The notes: generated by a model from the letters alone, not told the origin. Counted from the whole stretch's first letter, positions 23,100 through 35,550 are shown. The stretch is 63,971 bases of DNA, filler included, from Guillardia theta CCMP2712 (GCF_000315625.1; 5 parts of 5 records of this genome joined end to end with filler, not necessarily neighbours in it), one strand, 5' to 3'. Numbers and translations: made by a program.

Positions 23100-25180
23100 G
23101 AGCTGCCGGATGCTGCAGATGATGGTCAAGGATCATGGAAGGACAGGAGGTAGGGATAAGAGGAGCAAAGATGAGAGGCAGAAGAGTGGAAGAACGTACC
23201 CTGATGTTCCTCACACTAGTAGCTCGTTGGCTCTTGCCGTTGCGAGGGGATCCGAAGGTGAGGGTTGAGGTTTGCTGCGGAGACACGAGTCATCTTCATA
23301 CGAACTCCATCATCGGCATTTGCCTGAGAGATCACGGTCTTGGTCACTTGATACGATGAGTTGGAATAGCTCCTTCCTTCTTCCTCCTTCTGCACAAAAA
23401 AGCGCTCGTGTAAGGGATCCGCAGAAGCTTGGGGAGGGGCAAGACGGCAGGGGGGTCGGGGAGGAGGTAGGACGGCAGAGAGGAGGAGGTCAAGGGCTCA
23501 CCTGCGGTCTGGCTGACTTGAGGTCCAACTTTGGAATCAGCCCTCCCGTCATGATAGGAGAGCACAAGGGGAAAGAAACATCTGGTGGTGGACGATGGTG
23601 GACGCCCAGGACCTCCTGTTTCAGCATCAGGTCCAGCAGGCCGAGGAAGCGCAAAGAAAACTGACGTGAAGCTCTCCCGTCTCGTCGCTCTCGTCCTGTG
23701 CGCTGGCCGTGCGCAACCAACTCTTGTTGTGGTCCGCCGTTGCAAATGCATGCTGATCGATCGTGAGGTGACTGGTTGCTGGTGATTCATTGAAGCTGGT
23801 GTGATGCCTGGAGGACAAACATGGTCAAGACATTAATCATGCAGAGGATAGCTTGCATATGTGCATCACCCGATCAGAACAAGCTCAGGACCCGTGCTGT
23901 CCTTGCCCAGCTCATTTGTCATCTGGAACAAGATCATGAACCTTCCATTCCCACAAGCAAGAGATGAGACCTGTTGCTCCGCTCTTGCATGTGTCGGAGA
24001 CAGCGCGCTGACGGAGCTTTCTTCATCGCTCTTCCTGTCCCAGCATGACAAGTGCATGTCTACAGACCGAGACAGGGTGATGATCGTATTGCAAGACCTG
24101 CTCAGCGCATACTGTCACTGTCATGGAATAGATTGCAGACACGCAACAATGTGCATACTTGGGCCCGTCCTCAGTCGGGAGTTGCCGAGAAACCTCAAGT
24201 TTGATCGCCCCCCGCTTCATCCCTTCAAACCTGGATCTCAATTCGCTCTTCCGATTGCAGAGTCAGAGTTCGACATCCGAGAATGAACCGATCACCTGGT
24301 TGAGGAAGCTTGCAGTTTCATCGTCCACACTGACAAGAACGTCGTTCGCCTTCAGCCCACATCGCTCAGCCGCTGACTGCTTCAAGACTTGGACGATCTT
24401 GTGCGAGTAAACGTGTGACTTGCCACTTCGAGTGATGCTGCGGAGGTTCAGAGTCACAGGTGAGGGAGCGGGAGCAGCAACGAGAGTACGCGTGCGAGAA
24501 GATGATTCCAAGAGGCAGGGTGTCCACGTCTTCCTCTGCGCATCATTCCAACGGTCAGCTCCCGCTCCTCTAGCTCGCACTTCACTGGTCACCGGAGTAG
24601 ACCGCGGCCTTCGCTTTGCTGGCAGGATGCTTCGTCACGGATCCCCTGGAGTGAACCATGAGGCCGGGCCCGCCGAGACCTCCGGCTACACTCACGTTGA
24701 GAACACTGACGAGGACGAGGACGTGCCACGTGCACGCGAGCTGCAGACCATCTTTTGGACAACAACTTCTACTTTCCCTCCTCTCCTCGGGTAGATCCCT
24801 TGGTCTGAGAACTCCACCGTCATAGACTCAGTGCAGCCCTCCAGTACCCTGGTTGCAAGATCGTCATAAAGCAAGCGTCCAACATCCTGCACTGACCTCA
24901 ATCAGTGTCCAAGAATCGATGGCAGAAGAGATGGTATCTCAATCAAGTGTGTCGTGTGGATGGAGCAGGAAAGCAGATGTCGATTACAAATATCCCAACA
25001 AAACTCCAATGGATGCAAAAAAAATGTTCACGACTTCAGCTGATTGTTGGCAAGACCAGCATCAACAGGCGACGCCTCGTCCTGTTAGATGCACATCAAC
25101 GGAGCCTTGACAGAGCTACAAGCACGATTGAACCTCTTTGTGTTAGTGACTGTCTCAACTAACAACAAATCTTAATTTCT
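23100..25180 (-). CDS. Multi-exon PDZ-domain protein (boundaries approximate)
   Basis: The exon at ~24295-24405 translates as HKIVQVLKQSAAERCGLKANDVLVSVDDE, a PDZ core. Short GT-AG introns flank it on the minus strand. Confidence 0.5.
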
Positions 25181-26072
25181 CGTTAGAAGAAGAAAGAACT
25201 TAAACATTCTTTTCTGGGTATCATCATTCCCAACTTTCAAGCAGAAGGGAAGGAGTAGAAATGTTGAATTGTTTCACATCAGCACGAAGTCTGATCTATT
25301 CAAGCCTGATCTGCACACCCAATAGATCCTTCATCAACATTCTCGAATCATCTTGTGCCCTACTCCATCATCTCATCAACTACGTCGTTTCCTCAACAGT
25401 TTTTATCGTAAACAGTTCTTCCTTACAGCAATTTCGGAGGGCTCTTGGCCCTCCGAGGCTACTTGCGCCCCTCCCGGTCCTCTTCTACCATTCCAGCTCC
25501 TTCTGACAGTCCTCCTGCTCTTACTGCTCCTCCTCCTCCTCCTGTTTCTCCTTCTCCTCATGTTTCTGCTGCTTCTCCTCCTCCTCGCCTTCCTATCATG
25601 CCCAACTTCCGATAACCAAAGACCTACAATTCGGACCCGAGCCTAGTTGACCTACCCCCACCCTACCGTGACTGCGATGAAGATCATTACCCTACCCCCT
25701 GTTTCATTACTCATAGAGTGCGTCGGAAACCCCGGCCGTCCCTACCCCACCCTATGTGTATCCTTAACATTTTCCGCACCCCTCGACTTGTTGAGCCTTT
25801 TCATCACCCCTTCTACTACGCCCAACCACCCCTCATTCCCTCAGGAACCCCCTAAGGTAACCCCCGGCACAAACCCATTGCGCCGATGAACTGTTACTAC
25901 CGGTGGAGGTACGAATAGAACAGGCAGGGAAAAGCACCGGTGATACAAGGACCTACTGCCACCCTACCCCTCAGGTGATACGGCGGCTGCTAATGAGAGA
26001 CTTGATAATAGATAAACGCCACGAATCTATCTACCACGGGTACTCTCCCTCATGATGTGACGGAATATGTGA

Positions 26073-26175
26073 ATACCCTTCTGAACGACGAACTAAGTTT
26101 TCGCACAGAACTGCCGTCGTATGATTGAGAGCCGCGACTCTCCGTCATACAACGGCAGTTGTTTTTTTTTGCCAA
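26073..26175 (-). ncRNA. Candidate Fanzor omegaRNA: scaffold hairpin + element right end + ~20-nt flank-derived guide
   Basis: The 52-nt hairpin at 26109-26160 reads AACUGCCGUUGUAUGA-CG-GAGAG-UCGCGG-CUCUC-AA-UCAUACGACGGCAGUU on the minus strand, with G-U pairs on this strand. It lies ~215 nt after the stop and 16 nt before the CUUAG end. The 5' extent is unknown and could reach the stop codon. Confidence 0.6.
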
Positions 26176-28612
26176 ATTGTCTTCGGATGTTGTTGGAGCC
26201 TTACATGAATCCTACCAAATGATGCCAGTCAGTCACTTCAATGATCACATGTCGTAAACATCGGATCATAATGGAGGCAGGCACCGGGCAGGCAGGCAGG
26301 CAGGGAATTAGGCATCGAGTCCCGAGGGACGCAGTCTGGGTAGGGAGGGGGCGACAACAATCATTGAATTCACCTCAGGGGCGACGTAGGTGATTCGGTC
26401 TTTCAGGAAACACATTGAAACAAGTGAGTATATTCAGTGCAGCATTCAAGTCCCTGGATTTGATCGGCTTTCCTTTACAGCTGTCACGATAACAGTTAGA
26501 TGAAAAGGTGAATTACAGGAGTATACAAAACTTGACATTACCTCGATGATCTGCAAAATTTCAATCCTCGTACTTCACTTTTCCTTGTTTTCAACCTACA
26601 GGTCTCGTCTGGTTCTTTCCCTGTATTTTCAATCCGTCGAAGCACATCGAGCTCAGAACCACAATCGTTACAGCACTTGGTAGTACGGTATTCGTCAACA
26701 TCTACGACTCTGTAGTGATTCTCGAATCTTCTTCTTATCCACCTGACCGGTACAGGCCTTTCTCCTCGACGTCCTGTAGACGGGAACCTTGCATTTCCAT
26801 ATGCGATAACAGGTTCTATTTCTCCCTTTCCTTTCATTGTACGGATAAACCTGTCGACTGACTTTCGTTTCGAAATGTAGATGTCGAATTTCATCCTGGC
26901 GTATTTTCGCTTTGAATAATGCGAAGTTAACTCCTCCCAATGACTTGTAACTGCAAGAAGATAGTCTTCGAATCTTGATAGACTGCCGCCAGACTTACTC
27001 GAGAACCCCTTGAGATATTGCAATGTCGATTGAATATCTTGATCCCACGTCTTTCTTTTCTTTTTATTGCGATTCAGATGTGACTCGTGATAATATTGTT
27101 TTCTCGAAAACTGAAATCTTTTTCTGATTATTTGTTGATCATCTCTGAATTGTTCGACGGCCGATATAATGACGCTCCTCCCAGGGTCGATCGCAATTAC
27201 CCTTGGGCAATTTTTACATTCTTCGATCTCTCTTTGGTATTCTGAATTTTCATGTAATACTTTGTATGATATTGATATCTTCTTCGCCGATTTCCGTTCA
27301 GCCCTTTTTCTATCGGCAAGCCATTTGGTAGTGCGCAATGAAGGTTCCTGTTCGAGTCCATCGATTGTTTTGACAATTAACGTGAATCGAAAACAAACCG
27401 ATACACCGTCTGTCGTGATACTTGTAATCTCCTCTCTCTGATCTCTGAACAGATTCGAACAGTCGAAAATCCTTCTGAAATTCTTAGAGTTCTCCAAAGT
27501 TTGATCTATTCTCATGAACGATTTTTTATCTTCTCCCGGTTTCAAACTGTTCGCTTCTTTCAAAATGTAATACATCACATCATTATCGATTGTTAGATGT
27601 TTTCTGCCGAATTTCGACATTGGTGCTGCCTTGAATGTTTTTTTCGAGAGACCACGATCTTCGAAGAACTTCAACATGAACATGTGTGTCTCGATTATCT
27701 CAAACAGATTTTTCTGCAACCTATGATCAAATTTGTCATATTTGAAACTAAAAAGATCTTCGTCCCCCGATAATCCAATTAGTTGTTTCATATGGTCGAT
27801 GAAGGTTCCTATCTGCTGTGAATTATTCCTGTTAAACACTTCTGTCTTCAACTCGTAATCTTTCCTTTGAAACAATACATTCTTCACGTCTTCGATTTCT
27901 TGCTGATGGTTAATATGTAACTCTCCTTTGCAGAATTCGGCAATGAACTTTTCCAATCGGTTTGTAAAATTTGCTTTCAGGTCTTGGTAGAAATTCGTTC
28001 CATATTGATTTGCAGCGAATACAATAGCTTGCGAGTCTCCTCGAATTCTACATAAATCAACGAAAAGATGTCTTTTCTCTGACCAGAAACGTTGTAGAGT
28101 TGGATACTTGTTATCTGTACGGCTATGTTGTTCCATTCCAAGTGTAAAAACATTCCAGAAAAAGGTCGATTTGGCTCTCTTGATTTCATCTACTACATAT
28201 CGTAAATTCCCTGTATCCCTGCCCCATATCAGAAAACAGTTGAATATCATACTGCCTCTTGATGTGATCTGACTGATATGTAATACCCATCTGTCGATCA
28301 CGTCTAAAATCGATCTGTTCTCTACCTTGAGTCTCGAGTATAACCCACATTTGACGACTCTCGTGAATGGTTTTGAATAACTTATTTCTTGACCGTTGTC
28401 TGAATCATCTGTAATTCGTTTTCTCTTCCTCGGCATGTTATAGTATGTTAGTCTGGCGAAACCATGTTAGATAGCAGGTAGTCGCTACATTTTTTTCATT
28501 ACCATCGTTTCAGTGTATTGTCGGACCGCAAACTCTGTAATGGCGGGAAGATGAAACGAGAGCCACAAACTTTCCGTCGGAGGCGGGAAGTTTTTTTTTT
28601 TTTCTTTTTTAA
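26093..28612 (-). mobile_element. Non-autonomous Fanzor-carrying element without TIRs; ends inferred
   Basis: A low-GC island interrupts a C-rich intergenic tract that resumes on both sides. The minus-strand junctions are gggtCTTAA-aaaag (left) and aaaaCTTAG-ttcg (right). Both ends have subterminal hairpins, and there is no transposase gene. Confidence 0.6.
26375..28436 (-). CDS. Fanzor: Fanzor RNA-guided endonuclease (TnpB/Cas12 superfamily), 666 aa; complement(join(26375..26480,26542..28436))
   Basis: RuvC-I is VIAIDPGR. RuvC-II is rearranged: IAYGNARF has Gly at the canonical Glu site, with an alternative Glu in VDVDEYRTTK. Zn finger CNDC...C(RSSS)C. RuvC-III SRDLNAALNI lies in exon 2. 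N-terminal basic NLS-like MPRKRKR. The intron reads GTAATG..CTAAC..CAG. Confidence 0.93.
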
Positions 28613-29671
28613 GACCCTCATACAGCCCCATTGGATGGGTGATTGAAACCTATCAATGACCCCTGTCATGCTGGTCCATGACTCCTTCGGGAGTCCTTTT
28701 GTCGATTAAAGGATAAACACACTACCCCCACCCCATGAATACGAACTTCGGAAGATCTTCCGAATGTCACTGACCACCCCAGGGTACTCAAAGCACCACC
28801 CACTGCACATTCCCCCGGACTCCGGGATTTCGAGTGTGCCAGGCTGACTTGTTCCACCCCCTTCATTCCCCCAATGACAGTGGAAAGGACCAGGGTGGGT
28901 CATACTCAAAGGCTCGGACTCGGCCGGGGGACAACCGCGGGGAACCGGGTATTACCCATCTCCCCCGAGAGTACCCCTCCATTTCATAATTGATCTGCCT
29001 ACAACAGCAGGGTACTTGACCTAAACTCCGCTCGCACCCTCCCTCGGCTCGGAGTATCGGCACCCCACTTTACGTGACCACCCCTTTACCGTACCAGGTA
29101 GTCACCGTCGTCCCACCGGTCGCAGCCCCAGATACTGAGAGGGTACTAGCCTGACCCCCGGCCCCTCTGAGTAGCCGGGTTCAATGGCTTCTACCGTGAC
29201 GGTACCCTGCGATTTTACTCAAAGGTCGTAGCCTGTACCGTAGTACCGTGCCACGAGTCCGATCAGGGCCCCTACCCCCATTTTCAGTCAGATACACTGT
29301 CATCGGCGTGGGTACTACCCCATGGGTACTTTTTCAGGCAAGCCCCCCACAAAAGTAAACACTGAACGACTTCAACGGTTTTCATCTTACTGTTAACAGT
29401 TAATGGTTTTAAGTCTTAAAAACTTCAAATCCGAACGACCGGTCACTAAGCGCCGCCCGACCCCCCGGCGCCCCCCGGCGAACTAAGCGGCCCCGGTCAG
29501 TGCCGGGCCCGCCGCACCGCCCGGCGGCCGGGCTGCTCAGAACTTGAACGCCGAGGGGGGCCGGAAAATGATGGCAAAAGTTGCCGCAGCCTGGCGGTTT
29601 GACTGGCCACCGGGCCCTGTTAACTCAAAGTTAAGCCACCGGAGTTGAAGTTCTGACCGTCCGATATAACT

Positions 29672-29747
29672 TCTTTACTCAAAGTTAAGTTAAAAAGCAG
29701 TACGAGGACAATCAGGAGAGTCGAGGAGGCTTGACCCTGACACTGTC
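29672..29747 (+). repeat. Dispersed repeat copy A (inverted partner of 36718-36798)
   Basis: tctttactcaaagttaagttaaaaagcagtacgaggacaatcaggagagtcgaggaggcttgaccctg matches the reverse complement of 36731-36798 with 4 mismatches in 68 bp. Confidence 0.9.
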
Positions 29748-30534
29748 CTATATAACAGTAAGTTTATTCCCGCCCGCGACTCTGCAGCCGCACCCGCCGC
29801 CGCGGGCCGCGGCCCGGCCGAAGTCGGAGTCCGCCGGGGCCGCTCACTGCGCGGGGGCCAGGCTCCCGGGTGACACTGCAACTTGGCATGCCAGCGCAGG
29901 CCCTACGCGGCCCGATGGTCCGCCGGGGCCAGGGCCCGGCCGTCGCCGTCGCCGGGGGCGGCACGGGGGGCCGCCCGCCTGGGGGGCCGCCGGCAGGGCG
30001 ACAGACTCAGGACCGGGTACGGGCAAGGAGCGCCCGCGCACGGTGGCCCATGGCAAGCCCGCGGCCGGCGTCAGCTGCCTTGTCCACTGAGGCAGCTCGC
30101 CCCCGCACCCCCGCGCGGCGCCCCGGCACCACGCCGACCTGCTAGTAGGCGGCCGTTCAACCGTTGCGACGCCGCTCCCCGACGGTCGATCCGATCACTG
30201 TGACCGCCGGCTGCCATTAGCATTATAACTGTACGGTCCGATCGGACGGCCGGACGCAGCCTGACGGTCCGATCACCACTCAGGATCGGAGTCATGGGCC
30301 GGCACACGCTGTAACTTCAAAGTTGTACTATGATGTCCGGCCGACCATCATTGCAATAAAATTCAACTAGGTGAACGATTCATGACATGATCCTGACTGA
30401 TATTTATCCGGAGCAGGACGCTCCCGTCGCTCCTTCTTCCTTCATCCCCATACATCCCCATCCTCCTCGGCATTCTCAGCTTCTCCAGCGCTGGGCTCAG
30501 CAGCAGCAGCCGTGGAGCTCTACGGTGAAGGCAC

Positions 30535-33500
30535 TCAGCGGCATACTCTCACATGATCCCCCGGGGCCGGCCTCACCTCCCCCTCGTCCTGCTCATCGGC
30601 GGCAGCGCATGTCGACCAGTAGTGCTGCTTCCAGAGGCAGATCCTCAGGGTAGGACGCGGTTTGCCTGCCGATCCGTCAGGGGATTTCGTGTCTCCTGCA
30701 AGCAAGACTACGAGGCTCTCCGTCCCCGTCCTCGTCCTTGTTCGGGTTGTACTTGTACTCTGCCAGCCCTCCAGCGGTCACCTGGCAGGAAGTTGAGAGG
30801 GTGCTGGATAGGCGAGCAAAGTTACAGCATAGCAGACGATGCAGACGTCGTAGAGGAAGGCGCTGGCGACGATCTCCATCTCTCCTGCCCATCATGTCAG
30901 AGGAGGAGGAGAGGAGTGAGTAGAAAGAGGAGGAGGAGGAGGAGGAGGCGAGAGAGTCAACCTGCCCATTCTCCATCGTTCGACATGCGGTTCTGACCAA
31001 GAGATTCAACACAGAGAGAAGAAGATTGGCAGGAAGAGAGGAGAGAAGGAGAAGAGAGAGGTGCAGCGTAAGGATCGGAGGGGAGGGGGAGGGGAGGGAA
31101 GAGGGGACAGGGAGGGTTACCAGATAAGTTTGAAAAGATTCGCCAGTCTCAAGATAATTCTCAAAGAGCTGAGGATTTGACCTCATGTATTGCACAACCT
31201 GTCTCCTCAGCAAGGACACGGGCCTGCGATGATAGTGAGCAAGAGGAGGAAGGGGAAAGGGAGGGGGGAAGAGGAAGAGACACTGGAGGAGGGGAGATAA
31301 AGGACGAGGGAGCGAGAGGAGGGGAGGGGAGGAAGATGGAGAGAAGAGGAGGACGTTGGGGTAGGTTCAGCCGCCTCACCTCTCGCTGGGAGAGTCTCGT
31401 CTCTCCTGCTCCCCTCTGCTCTGAGAAGGATCGACAGGGACGGAGTGATGCTTGAGCTGCAAGAGGAGCGCTGCAGACTCATGGTTCAGCCGAACCAAAC
31501 GAGTGGAGGACGAGGAGATGGCAGAGGTTGGGGAGGAGGGGGGGGAGGAGGAGGAAGCCGGGAAGGACGAAGAGGGGAGAGGTGGAAGGGAAGGAGGAGT
31601 AGGACCATGGAAAAAGCAGTTGCCATCTCCGTCTACAAGCTCCTGCCGTAGCCTGCGGGGTTGTGAGGAGGAAGAAGCATATCATGAAGGGGGGAGAGCT
31701 GAGAATTGAGAGTCGTTGGAGTGAGTGAGTGAGTGAGTGAGGGAGGGAGGGAGGGAGGGAGGGAGGGAGGGAGGGAGGGAGGGAGGGAGGGAGGGAGGGA
31801 GGGAGGGAGGAGGTCTCACCCTTGGCGAGCAAGACAAGCATCGAGCTCTTGTAGATGAGGAGCAAGATCCCCCCAGATGGTTCTCTGTCACATGAAGTTG
31901 TTACATTTGCTGGGCCACATCCAATACCACCGTCATGATCAAGAAAATCGTAATCATCTCCATCGTCATCGTCATCATCATTATCATCGTCATCATCATT
32001 ATCATCGTCATCATCATTATCATCGTCATCATCATTATCATCGTCATTATCATCGTCATCTTCATCTCCATATCATGCACCCGCATCACATCGCTCAACA
32101 AGGAACCAACGAGCTACCTGAATCAAGTTGGAGGCGGCGGAGTAGACGTTCTTGACGTTGGGAAGAGTGAAAGACTGCCGGGCCGTCAGCTTCCAGGCCC
32201 TAAGACGCTCCTCGGACCTCCACGCGAGAGATGCTGGAGACATGCCCGTAGAGCGAGTGGATGGTGCGGCGAGCGGAGGAGGCGACCAATCTGGAGGAGT
32301 GGGAAAAAGGAGGAGGAGGAGGAGGAGGAGGAGGAGGAGGAGGAGGAGGAGGAGATGGTGGTGGTGGAAGAGAGGAGGAGCAGGAGAGGAGGAGGAGGGG
32401 GAAGTGGAAGCGAAAGAAGTTTTCAGAGCAGGGGTGGACCAAAAGCAGGAAAATCAAACCGAGGAAACATTCGAACACAGATAGGCAAGATGATGAGTAG
32501 AACGAAGTGAAGAGATACGGGAGAGAGAAGTAGGAGGGAAGTGGGAGGAGGGGAGGGAGGAGGGGAGGGAGGAGGGGAGGGGGAGGTGTGAGAGAGGGGG
32601 AGCAGGAGAAGGACTAGGTGATGGCGAGCAAATTTCTTCCCTCACCTTGAGAGGCTGACGACAGCAAAACGTGTGAAACGAAAGATTGGACCTAAATGCG
32701 AGGAGAGTTGGGATGTGAAGACGCGGCATGGGGAAGATAAGCAGCAACGAGGTAAAGAAAAGATGTAGAGATCAAGGAGAGAAGGAGAGGAGAAGGGAGG
32801 GGAGAGGACAGGAGAGGGAGAACAGAGATGCTCGGAGGACGAAAGGGAAGGAGGACACAACAGAAGATTCTGACAAAAGGAGGGAGGAAGAGGATTTGAA
32901 AGACACGGAAAGGGGAGTGGAGTGGAGAGGAGAGGGAGGGGAGGGGAGGGGAGGGAAGTGAAGGGAGCACGGGGTTTAAAGAGGGACTTACCGGATCTTC
33001 GATACGCCACCACCATGTTGGAGAAGTAACTGCCGTGGTAACGCATCAGCGAGAACGTCGCAGAGGAGCAAAATGACAGGGACCTCGGCCCGAAGATGTA
33101 GCAGGCGAGGTTATGGAAGACGGCCAGGAACCTTCCGAGCGCAAAGACCCCGCCGTCAAGGCACGCGTCTACTATGCTGGTGAAGGTGTTCCTGACTGCC
33201 AGAAGACGTGAGTGGAGGAAGGGGGGGAGGAGGAAGACGGAGTTAGGGAGAGAGGAAGAGGGAGGGGTGAGGGAGGAGGAGTAGGGAGGGGTGAAGGGGG
33301 GTAGACGTGAGAGAGGAGGAGGAGCTTCAGATATCACCGGTGGCCCTGCAGAAGGCAACGAACTCGTTGACGACTTGCCGGCAGTCGCTTCCGAACTGCC
33401 TCCATGAGACCTGCCGAGCAGATCAGACGGAATCTCGACCCTCCTTGACGACGGCCACGTGACCCTCTCCTCCCTCTTGCGCACTGTACACTCCCTTACT

Positions 33501-35519
33501 CTCTCCCTCCCCTCCCCTCCCTTTTGCCTTCCCGCTCCCCTCGCTGTTCCCTCCACCTTTCTCTTGTCCCCTTTCTCTCCTCGCCCCTCTCCTGCTGTCG
33601 TTTCATCTCCCCCCCTCCCCCCGCCTCCCTCCCTCCCTCTTGCTCCCTCCCTCTCTCCACAGCCCACTCCTCCTGCTGCCTCTGCTCCATTCCGCCTTTT
33701 CTCTTCCTCATTCGCCATCAGCCACTCTCGACGCGTTTTGACATGCCCCAACGGAATTTTCACCTGCCCTGACGCCGCGACGTCCAGGTAGTTCAACAGC
33801 CGATTGACCTGAAGGCAAAGGAGTGAGAGCAAGAAGATAGAGAAAGACGGAGAGGGAGAACATCAAATACAGAAAGAAGAATGGCAGACGAGGCAAACGA
33901 TGGAGAGGAGGGGAGGGGAGATCAGAGGAGAGTAGGGGAGGGGAGATCGGAGGAGAGGAGGGGAGGGGAGATCAGAGGAGAGGAGGAAAGGAGGAAAGAA
34001 GAGGAAAGGAGGAGAGAAGAGGAGAAGAGAGAGGAGTGGAGAGGAGCAGGATTGTTGTGAAAGAACATTCACATTCAACATGTCACGAGAGCTTTTTCTC
34101 TTCACACCTGCTCGCCTATTCTTGACGTCAAGCCTGAGAACAACCCTCGTCTCGCTCGCACCACAGAGTGGTGTCCACTATCCTGCAGATCGCAAGGGAG
34201 GAGTGGAGAGGAGAGGAGAGGAGAGGATAGGATAGGAGAGGAGAGGAGGAGATGGCAGAGTGCGGGAGGAGGGAGAACAGGGGAGTGAGGAGGGAGCGGA
34301 GAGAGGGAGGAATGAGTAGGAGGGGAGGAGAGAAGGGAATAGAGCAGTGAGACAAGAAGGGAAAGGATGGGAGGGAAAAAGGGAGGAGAAGAGCGGAGAC
34401 GACAAGAGAGAAGGGAAAGGAGGGGAAGGAAGAGGAGACGGGACCAAGGTCAGAACTTCGACAGTCGCCTCAACCAACGGCTTACAACGAGCGCGAGGTG
34501 ATGCCTGTATCCAGCAGCGGATCCTCCCTTGATTGGCAGCATGGAGGGCGAGGAATGAGAGTCAGGGCTGCGAGGAAGCGACGAGGATCGCAGAGATCTC
34601 CTTGACATGTCCGGTTGGAAGCCCTGACCCTTCATCAGATGGTGAAGATGACGGGGGAGGCGAGGGAGGGAGGGAGGGGGAGAGTGAAAGGGGAGGGCAG
34701 GAATGGGGAGAAAACAGGAGCAGGATCAAGAGCAGTCCAAGGAGGAGGAAGAGGCAAAGAAGGTGGGGCAGGGGCAGGGGCAGGGGCAGAAAGTGGAGGA
34801 GGAGCAGGAGGAGGAAAGAATAAACAGGGATTGATCGAATGCCATACAAGGTCTGGAACTGCTTCGTGGATGGTCTTCATCTCTCTCTTCCCACTCAATC
34901 GATCAGTGGAAGGGATGGAGTCCAAACTTGCTTGCAGCTCTTTGACTTTCGTTTCCTCATACGTCGTTCTAAATCGCAAGTTACTAGAAAGTTGACAGGC
35001 AGAGGCCAGGTCGAGGTCGAGCAGAAAATTACTATTATCACCATCATCATCATCATCATCAGCATTCCCATCATCTTTACAAGCAGCAGCAGCAGCACTA
35101 CCTTGATCATCACCATCACCATCACCATCACCATCACCATCATCACATCCTCGTCGTCATCACAACCACCAACATCGTCGTCGTCACAATCACCATCACA
35201 TCATCATCATCGCAGCATCCTCGTCATCATGATTATGACCATCATCAAAGGTCCCGATCATAACCAGCTTCACAACATGCATCTTCGGGCATCTCGACCT
35301 GTTCTTCACGTTCACAGCAATCGGCGCGGCCTTGAGCGGCGGCATGGAGATTGCAGGCATTCGCAGAGGTCCCGCCACATCGCCATCCCTTAGCGTCAGG
35401 TCAGCGTCTCGTTCACATAGCTGCCATATTTCAGCAGCTTCCTCACAAGATTTCTCTTGCAGCTTGCTCGAACTTCTTGTTGTCTACTCTGGTTGGGACC
35501 TAGCACAAAAAGTTAGAAA

Positions 35520-35550
<31 letters not shown>

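Noticed and set aside
26538-28436. Fanzor as a C-terminally truncated pseudogene
   Set aside because: A canonical intron restores the frame and the RuvC-III motif.
26093-28615. Helitron or TIR-transposon classification of the Fanzor element
   Set aside because: There are no terminal inverted repeats, the 3' end is CTTAG rather than CTRR, the 5' TC is not preceded by A, and no Rep/helicase or transposase is present.
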